DNA from: an uncultured Solirubrobacteraceae bacterium
GTDB taxonomy: Bacteria; Actinomycetota; Thermoleophilia; Solirubrobacterales; Solirubrobacteraceae
Assembly: GCA_964588985.1 (NCBI GenBank)
Contig: CAZPQW010000002.1
Location: 175,508-239,507 of the forward strand
Direction of reading: 5' to 3'
Length of the DNA: 64,000 nt
In this document: in pieces, positions 55,076 to 64,000 of the stretch
Numbering within the stretch: position 1 is the first letter of the stretch
How the letters are laid out: every line of letters begins with the position of its first letter
Translations under genes and position numbers: made by a program
The notes under the pieces: model-generated
The model's input: the letters and a program-made list of their open reading frames with translations, nothing else
Told to the model about the DNA's origin: nothing
The model's database searches: none

Positions 55076-55283
55076 CTCGTCACCCGCCTTTGCTCTGCTT
55101 CGTGGCCCTTGTTGACATGCTCACATCCAACTCGCTCGCGAGGCGGCGGGCATCCGCGCCCGCCCGCCCGATCTGTAGGGGTTTTCCCGCACTGCTGATC
55201 TGGAGCAGATGTCCAAACCCCTCGCTCCGATGCTGGCCAGCGGGCCCTTTCGCGCGCACCCGCCCACGCGCGATCCTGATGCC

Positions 55284-55583
55284 ATGGCCCAAGATCCAGA
55301 GATAATCGGAGGACCCACACCGATCCAGGCGCCCAGCGCCGGCTTCACCTATCGCTGGAAGGTGCAGGACGGGCGCGCGGAAAAGCACGTGTACGTGCAG
55401 ATCGCGGACCCGCTGCGGCCCGAGGCGTTCGAGGAGCCGCTGCGGTCGAGCATCGAGTCGAAGGGCGAATCGGTGCTGCGCAAGCTGCTCGAGCGCGGCA
55501 ACGTGCCGATCCGGATCAAGATCACCTCCGCGGGCATCACCGAAGTCGGCATCGACCGCCGCTCGCGTCCCTGCATGATGTAG
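55284..55583 (+). CDS. Hypothetical protein
   Basis: GC3-rich frame with ordered composition. Confidence 0.55.
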   Translation: MAQDPEIIGGPTPIQAPSAGFTYRWKVQDGRAEKHVYVQIADPLRPEAFEEPLRSSIESKGESVLRKLLERGNVPIRIKITSAGITEVGIDRRSRPCMM

Positions 55584-55616
55584 CGATCGCGACCCGGCGG
55601 CGCGCCGCGGCGCCGA

Positions 55617-58085
<2,469 letters not shown>

Positions 58086-58169
58086 CGGCCAGCCAACGTC
58101 ATGGGTCCGAATCGCCAGATAATCGAAATTACACTAGCGCGTACGGCTGGTAGTGGACTACTTGTTTAG

Positions 58170-59066
58170 TTGGTATCAGTGGAAAATACGGAAATGGGAG
58201 CGGCTCGCATCCTGCCGATGGTTCGACCGGAAGCTGCACGCCTTAGGATTCGCGACGTGAGCGAGATCGGGCACGCGGCGGGCCTCGCATATCGATCGGC
58301 GGGGGAGCGCTCCGACCGCGTGGCGCTGCTCGTGCACGGCTACCCCGAGTCCTCCTTCATGTGGGAGCACGCGCTCGATGCGCTGGCCGAGGCGGGCTGG
58401 TGGGCGCTCGCCCCCGACCTGCCCGGCTACGGCGACTCCGAGCCCGATCCGCCGGGCACCTGGGAGCGCCACGTGGAGGCGCTCGGGCGCTTCGTCCGGG
58501 AGCTCGAGCTTCCCAGGGTGGCGCTCGTGACGCACGACTGGGGCGTGATGGTCGGGCTGCGATGGGCGTGCGATAACCCGGAGGCGGTCAGGGCGCTCGC
58601 GATCTCCGACGGCGGATTCTTCGCCGACCGCAGGTGGCACGACCTCGCGAATCTCATGCGCACGCCCGAGCAGGGCGAGGAGCTGATCCGCGCCTACACA
58701 CAGGAGGGCTTCTACGCCGCCCTGCGGGCCGTCTCGAGCGGTATGAGCGACGAGGCGCTCGGCGAGTACTGGAAGGCGTTCGCCGACGACACGCGCCGGA
58801 TGGGGCACCTCGAGCTGTACCGCTCGGGGGACTTCGACAAGCTCGAGCCGTACCAGGGCAGGGTCGCCGCGCTCGGCTTGCCAGCGCTCGTGCTGTGGGG
58901 TGGGGAGGACCGCTTTGCGGGCGTCGCGATGGCCCGCCGCTTCCACGAGGAGCTGCCGGGCTCCGAGCTCAGGGTGTTCGACGGCGCCGGCCACTTCGTC
59001 TGGGACGACGAGCCCGGGCGCGCCGCGTCGGCGCTCGTCGACTTCCTCCAGCGCCGCGCCGTCTGA
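58170..59066 (+). CDS. Alpha/beta hydrolase (haloalkane dehalogenase/epoxide hydrolase-like)
   Basis: HGYPES, DLPGYG, HDWG, AGHF; true start may be GTG 58257. Confidence 0.88.
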   Translation: MVSVENTEMGAARILPMVRPEAARLRIRDVSEIGHAAGLAYRSAGERSDRVALLVHGYPESSFMWEHALDALAEAGWWALAPDLPGYGDSEPDPPGTWERHVEALGRFVRELELPRVALVTHDWGVMVGLRWACDNPEAVRALAISDGGFFADRRWHDLANLMRTPEQGEELIRAYTQEGFYAALRAVSSGMSDEALGEYWKAFADDTRRMGHLELYRSGDFDKLEPYQGRVAALGLPALVLWGGEDRFAGVAMARRFHEELPGSELRVFDGAGHFVWDDEPGRAASALVDFLQRRAV

Positions 59067-59090
59067 CCCGCGCGGGGCGTGAGCCCGCTG

Positions 59091-59348
59091 TCAGGAGGAC
59101 GGGACGCGAGTGCGTTCGACGGCCTCGCCGAGCGCCTCGAGGCTGATTTCAAGCGCGCTCGCGATGCGCCTCACCGTCGTCCACGTCGGGTTCGCGTGAC
59201 CTCGCTCGATGCGGGCGAACGCGGCCACCGTCAAACCGGCCCTGTGGGCGAGGTCCTCCTGTGTGTCGCCGCGCTCGTTTCGGAGCCGGCGCAGCGTGAT
59301 CGCGAGCGCTCGGTCCGCTGATATGGGTGCCGACACAATAAGAAACAT
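59091..59348 (-). CDS. XRE-family HTH regulator
   Basis: LRRLRNERGDTQEDLAHRAG...IERGHANPTW. Confidence 0.88.
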   Translation of the reverse strand: MFLIVSAPISADRALAITLRRLRNERGDTQEDLAHRAGLTVAAFARIERGHANPTWTTVRRIASALEISLEALGEAVERTRVPSS

Positions 59349-59467
59349 TGCATTTCGTCAGGCGTAATATCCAGTCAGGTGACTGCTGGTCCCCTGCTGC
59401 CCTCATGTCAGCTCCCCGGAAAACGTCCATTTGATCGGCGTTTCGGACCGTTTTGCCCGGTCGCTTT

Positions 59468-59902
59468 CTAGGTGCCCGGCAGCCGGTACTTTCGCGTCCT
59501 CGGGCAGCGCTCCAGCAGCCCCAGCTCGACGAGTGTGAGCGCGTAGCGGTGAGCGGTGCTCGGGCTCATGCCGAGGTCGCCCGCCAGTTCGACGATGCCG
59601 CGTGCTTCGCCGTCGGGGCCGAATCCCGTCAGCAGGGCGAGGCCGCGAAGCAGCGAGCGCGACAGGCGCGGATCGGTCGTGTCGTTCGGCATGTAGCCGC
59701 CGCGCGGGCCCAGCTCGCGCCGGCCCCCGCCGGCCGAGTCGGAAGCGCTCGCGCCGTTCGCTTCGCCCAACGGCGCGCTCAGCGAGTCCGCGATCAGGGT
59801 GGAGATGCTCGGCGCGCGACTGCTCGACGCGGCCCGCACAACGTCGTCGATCTGCGCGGGGGAGAGGGTGATGGTGATGGACATCTGCTCGTCGTTGGTC
59901 AT
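59468..59902 (-). CDS. Protein with a C-terminal IclR-type HTH and no effector domain
   Basis: SRSLLRGLALL...GIVELA..LGMSPSTAHRY..TLVELGLL...RKYRL. Confidence 0.8.
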   Translation of the reverse strand: MTNDEQMSITITLSPAQIDDVVRAASSSRAPSISTLIADSLSAPLGEANGASASDSAGGGRRELGPRGGYMPNDTTDPRLSRSLLRGLALLTGFGPDGEARGIVELAGDLGMSPSTAHRYALTLVELGLLERCPRTRKYRLPGT

Positions 59903-60033
59903 GGACTCGACATTACAGATACAGACAGTTGTCTGCATTCCGGGCCTCGGAACCGGGAGCGAGGAGTTGACGCCCAGGGCTCCGTGCCGGGTAACGCCCC
60001 GGGGAAACTGATTGCGTGTGCAATCATTGCGGC

Positions 60034-60909
60034 ATGGGCAAGATCGCGGTCACGCACTTCACAGACCCCGGCTGTCCCTTTGCCTACTCCGCCTCCCCGG
60101 CACTGGCTGTGCTGCACTGGCGTTACCGCGAGCAGCTCGAGTGGCGGATCGTCGCGATCGGCCTCGCGGAGGAACCGAAGCGATACGAAGAGCACGGCTA
60201 CACCGCCACGCGCATGACGCTCGGCAACCTCAACTTCCGCCGCCACGGCATGCCGCTGCTGGCCGAGCCGCGCGGTCGCATCGCCGCCACCACGCGGGCG
60301 TGCCGCGCGATCGTCGCCACGCGCCTGCTGCACCCGGGGCGCGAGCACGACGTCCTGCGCGCGCTCCAGTTCGCATGGTTCACCACCACGCTCATCCCCG
60401 ACGAGGACGCCGACATCGCCACGGCCCTCGCGCGGGTCAACGGGCTCGACGCGGCCGCGATCGTCGCCGCGATCGACGACGAGCGCATCCTGGAGGCCTA
60501 CGAGCAGGACAGGCGGGAGACACGCACCGCGGAGGGCAGCCCGACCGAGCTCCAGGGCAAGGCGCGCCAGACCGACGGCCCCGTGCGCTACTCCGCACCC
60601 TCGCTGATCTTCGAGAACGAGGCCGGCCTACGCCTGGAGGCCGGCGGGTTCCAGCCGATCGAGGCCTACGATGTGCTGATCGCCAACCTCGACACCAAGC
60701 TCGAGCGCCACGGGCCGGCCGATGATCCGGTGCGGGCGCTGAGCGCGTTCCCCGCGGGGCTCGTCACGCAGGAGATCGCCGCGATCATGGCGCCCAATAA
60801 CACGCTCGCCGACCGCGACGCGGCCGAGCGCGAGCTCGTGGAGCTGCTCGGCGAGGGCAGGGTCCGCCGCGAGGCGCTCGCCGACGACGCGCTGTGGACG
60901 CTCGCCTGA
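60034..60909 (+). CDS. DsbA/thioredoxin-fold protein
   Basis: HFTDPGCPFAYS; RYSAPSL. Confidence 0.8.
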   Translation: MGKIAVTHFTDPGCPFAYSASPALAVLHWRYREQLEWRIVAIGLAEEPKRYEEHGYTATRMTLGNLNFRRHGMPLLAEPRGRIAATTRACRAIVATRLLHPGREHDVLRALQFAWFTTTLIPDEDADIATALARVNGLDAAAIVAAIDDERILEAYEQDRRETRTAEGSPTELQGKARQTDGPVRYSAPSLIFENEAGLRLEAGGFQPIEAYDVLIANLDTKLERHGPADDPVRALSAFPAGLVTQEIAAIMAPNNTLADRDAAERELVELLGEGRVRREALADDALWTLA

Positions 60910-60957
60910 CGCGACCGTCAAGCGCTGCCCGCCCACCCCGGTAGCCTCCAGCGCTCG

Positions 60958-62952
60958 ATGTCGATCACGGTCACACTCCCAGACGGCAAGGAGCTCGAGC
61001 TCCCCGACGGCGCCACCGGCCTCGACCTCGCCGCGGCGATTGGGCCCGGCCTCGCGCGCGCGGCCCTTGCCGTCGAAGTGAAAGCGGTACGCCCACCCGA
61101 CCCCAGCTCGGCAGATCCCTTCACGAGAGTAATGGGACCGGGGCGCGGCCACGGCACACAGGAGATCCGCGACCTCGCGCGCCCGCTCTCCCACGGCGTA
61201 CGCGTGTCGATCGTCACCGCCAAGAGCGGCGATCCCGCGCTCGAGCTGATCCGCCACGACGCCGCGCACGTGCTCGCGGCCGCCGTGATGGAGCTCTACG
61301 ACGGCGTGAAGATCTCGATCGGGCCGCCGATCGCGGACGGCTTCTACTACGACTTCCAGTTCCCAGACGGAACCGCGATCTCCGAGGCGGACTTCCCGCG
61401 CATCGAAGAACGGATGCGCGCCCACATCAACGCCGCCGAGGGCTTCCAGCGCGAGGACGTCCCCGTCGCCGCCGCTCGCGAGCGGTTCGTCGCCGAGGGC
61501 CAGGACTACAAGGTCGAGCTGATCGACGACCTCGTAAAGAACGCCGACCCCGCCACGCCGCTTACGACGGTCTCGCTCTACACCAACGGCCCGTTCACAG
61601 ACCTCTGCCGCGGCCCGCACGCCCCGAGCACCAAGACCGTCGGCGCGTTCAAGCTCAACTCCGTCGCCGGGGCCTACTGGCGCGGGGACTCCAAACGCAC
61701 GATGCTCACGCGCATCTACGGCACCGCGTTCTTCTCCAAGGCGGAGCTCGCCGAGCACGTCGAGCGGATCGAGCAGGCGAAGGCGCGCGACCACCGCAAG
61801 CTCGGCCGCGAGCTCGGCCTGTTCACGTTCTCCGAGCTCTCGCCCGGCGCCGCCTTCTGGCTGCCGCCGGGAACGGGCATCTGGAACGCGCTCGTGAAGC
61901 TCTCGCGCAAGATGGGCGCCGAACGCGGCTACAGCGAGGTCAAGACCCCGCTGATCTTCGACGCCGAGCTGTGGAAGACATCAGGGCACTGGGGCAAGTA
62001 CCGCGAGAACATGTTCGAGGTCCAGGTCGAGGACCGCGAAATGGCGGTCAAGCCGATGAACTGCCCCGGCCACGCACACCTGTTCTCGACCCAGCGCCAC
62101 TCCTACCGCGACCTGCCGGTCCGCTACTCCGAGCCGGGCCTCCTGCATCGCAACGAGGCCTCCGGGGTGCTGCACGGCCTGCTGCGCGTGCGCCACTTCG
62201 CCCAGGACGACGGGCACATCTTCTGCACCGAGGAGCAGGTCCAGGACGAGGTCAGGGGCTGCCTCGAGATGGCCTTCGCGACCTACAAGCTGTTCGACTT
62301 CGAGGTCAGCCTCGAGCTATCGACGCGCCCCGAGGAACGGGTGGGGACCGACGAGATGTGGGACCGCGCGGAGGGCAAGCTCAAGGACACGCTCGACGAG
62401 CTCGGCCTCACATGCGAGCTCAACGAGGGCGACGGCGCGTTCTACGGCCCGAAGATCGACATGCACATGACCGACTCGCTCGGGCGCTCGTGGCAGCTGG
62501 GGACCGTGCAGCTGGACTACTCGATGCCCGCGCGCTTCGAGCTGACCTACACCGGCGCGGACAACCAGGAGCACACGCCGGTGATGATCCACCGCGCGAT
62601 GTTCGGCTCCTACGAGCGCTTCATCGGGATCATGATCGAGCACTACGCCGGCGAGCTGCCGCTGTGGCTCGCGCCCGTCCAGGCGATCGTGCTGCCAGTC
62701 TCGGACCGCTTCAACGACTACGCCAAGCAGGTCAGAGACACGCTCCGGGCCGACGAGGCGCGCGTCGAGCTCGACGATCGCAGCGAGTCGGTGGGGCGCA
62801 AGATCCGCGAGGCGGAGCTGCGAAAGATCCCGTACATGCTGGTGGTTGGCGAGCGCGAGGAACAGGAGCGGACGGTTGCCGTGCGCGAGCACCGCGGCGG
62901 CGACGCGGGAGCGACATCCGTCGAGCAGTTCGCGGAGCGCCTGCGCGGCTAG
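60958..62952 (+). CDS. thrS: Threonine--tRNA ligase
   Basis: TGS domain, RHDAAH, DLCRGPH, RDHRKLG, KPMNCPGH, FYGPKID, MIHRA. Confidence 0.98.
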   Translation: MSITVTLPDGKELELPDGATGLDLAAAIGPGLARAALAVEVKAVRPPDPSSADPFTRVMGPGRGHGTQEIRDLARPLSHGVRVSIVTAKSGDPALELIRHDAAHVLAAAVMELYDGVKISIGPPIADGFYYDFQFPDGTAISEADFPRIEERMRAHINAAEGFQREDVPVAAARERFVAEGQDYKVELIDDLVKNADPATPLTTVSLYTNGPFTDLCRGPHAPSTKTVGAFKLNSVAGAYWRGDSKRTMLTRIYGTAFFSKAELAEHVERIEQAKARDHRKLGRELGLFTFSELSPGAAFWLPPGTGIWNALVKLSRKMGAERGYSEVKTPLIFDAELWKTSGHWGKYRENMFEVQVEDREMAVKPMNCPGHAHLFSTQRHSYRDLPVRYSEPGLLHRNEASGVLHGLLRVRHFAQDDGHIFCTEEQVQDEVRGCLEMAFATYKLFDFEVSLELSTRPEERVGTDEMWDRAEGKLKDTLDELGLTCELNEGDGAFYGPKIDMHMTDSLGRSWQLGTVQLDYSMPARFELTYTGADNQEHTPVMIHRAMFGSYERFIGIMIEHYAGELPLWLAPVQAIVLPVSDRFNDYAKQVRDTLRADEARVELDDRSESVGRKIREAELRKIPYMLVVGEREEQERTVAVREHRGGDAGATSVEQFAERLRG

Positions 62953-63033
62953 CTATACTCGCTTGCATTGCAGCCCCGCAAATCCTCAGAGCGCAGCGCC
63001 TAGCATTCGCTTGACGCGCGGCCTTAACAGCTA

Positions 63034-63873
63034 GTGCCGGTTCCTCGCAGGTTCGACCGGCGCCCGCCCGAGCGGGACACGACGAAGATCAACGAGCGCA
63101 TTCGTGTGCCCGAGGTTCGTCTGATCGACGACGAGGGCAACCAGGTCGGCGTGCTCAAGACCGCCGACGCGCTCGTGTTCGCCCAGGAACGCGACCTCGA
63201 CCTCGTGGAAGTCGCCCCCGAGGCGCGCCCGCCGGTGTGCCGCGTGCTCGACTACTCGAAGTACAAGTACGAGCAGGCCCAGAAGCTGAAGCAGGCGCGC
63301 AAGCACCAGCAGCAGATCACAGTGCGCGAGATCAAGTTCCGCCCGAAGATCGCCGAGCACGACTACGACACCAAGAAGCACCACGTCGCGCGCTTCCTCA
63401 AGCACAAGGACAAGGTCAAGGTCACGATCATGTTCCGCGGCCGCGAGGTCACGCACCCCGAGCGCGGCACGATGATCCTCGACCGGCTCGCCGAAGAGCT
63501 CGCGGACCTCGGCGTGGTCGAGCAGCGCCCGATGCAGGAAGGGCGCAACATGACGATGATGATGGCCCCCTCCAAAGCGGTCCTCGCCGGACGCATCGAC
63601 AGCGATGGCGCGGTCATCCCCGCACCCGAGGACGGCGCCGCGCCCGCTGAGCAGACGCCCGCCGCGCCCGCTGAGCAGACGCCCGCAGCGACCGTCGAGA
63701 CGCCTTCCGAGGACGGCGCTGCACCCGCCGCGCAGGCCCCCGATGCGCCCGCCGCGACGATCGAGACACCTTCCGAAGACGGCTCCGCTGCAGCCGAGAC
63801 GCCGCCCGCCGAGCCCCCCGCGACACCCGTCGAGAACGGCGGGACCGCGGCCGCGGGCACACCCGTGTCATAA
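63034..63873 (+). CDS. infC: Translation initiation factor IF-3 with a long acidic C-terminal tail
   Basis: [34 protein letters not shown]; thrS-infC-rpmI synteny. Confidence 0.97.
   Translation: MPVPRRFDRRPPERDTTKINERIRVPEVRLIDDEGNQVGVLKTADALVFAQERDLDLVEVAPEARPPVCRVLDYSKYKYEQAQKLKQARKHQQQITVREIKFRPKIAEHDYDTKKHHVARFLKHKDKVKVTIMFRGREVTHPERGTMILDRLAEELADLGVVEQRPMQEGRNMTMMMAPSKAVLAGRIDSDGAVIPAPEDGAAPAEQTPAAPAEQTPAATVETPSEDGAAPAAQAPDAPAATIETPSEDGSAAAETPPAEPPATPVENGGTAAAGTPVS
63637..63684 (+). repeat. 24-bp perfect tandem repeat in the infC tail
   Basis: GCCGCGCCCGCTGAGCAGACGCCC x2. Confidence 0.85.
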
Positions 63874-63890
63874 TCTCGGGCCGAAGACCC

Positions 63891-64000
63891 ATGCCCAAGA
63901 TGAAGACCCACTCCGGCGCGAAGAAGCGCTTCAAAGTAACCGCCTCCGGCAAGGTGCGCGGACGGCACCCCTTCACGAGCCACATCCTCGAGAAGAAGTC
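63891..64000 (+). CDS. rpmI: 50S ribosomal protein L35 (partial)
   Basis: [21 protein letters not shown]. Confidence 0.97.
   Translation, partial: MPKMKTHSGAKKRFKVTASGKVRGRHPFTSHILEKK

Noticed and set aside
61079-61160. Intein or intron in thrS
   Set aside because: Too short; no C/S...HN splice motifs and the frame is uninterrupted

Overview
High-GC actinobacterial chromosome window. Gene content and style suggest Thermoleophilia/Solirubrobacterales (inference). Housekeeping and metabolic loci: an MFS-MerR-ABC efflux operon, msrB, amt, msrA, a ubiA-dprE1-dprE2-like polyprenyl-phosphoarabinose cluster, a c-di-AMP riboswitch-led peptidoglycan hydrolase followed by comM-dprA, SCO/TlpA, WS/DGAT, three GGDEF-EAL genes, and thrS-infC-rpmI. 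These are interrupted by tRNA-anchored accessory patches. After tRNA-Gly (13.2-22.9 kb) lie an AbiJ-like abortive-infection gene, an uncharacterised coupled pair (membrane protein plus small Trp-rich alpha/beta protein; candidate new defence module), HicAB, several XRE regulators with palindromic operators and secreted proteins. Around the divergent tRNA-Cys/tRNA-Val pair (41.7-44.3 kb) lie an integrase-less ~1.3 kb islet bounded by a 21-bp tRNA-Val 3' duplication carrying a TumE/DUF6516-like gene pair, degenerate tRNA-Cys fragments, a recurring CCCTGCAAAT motif and a VapBC whose toxin lacks a catalytic Asp. No CRISPR array, rRNA or intact integrase/transposase was seen. All family calls come from motif recognition by eye, not database searches.
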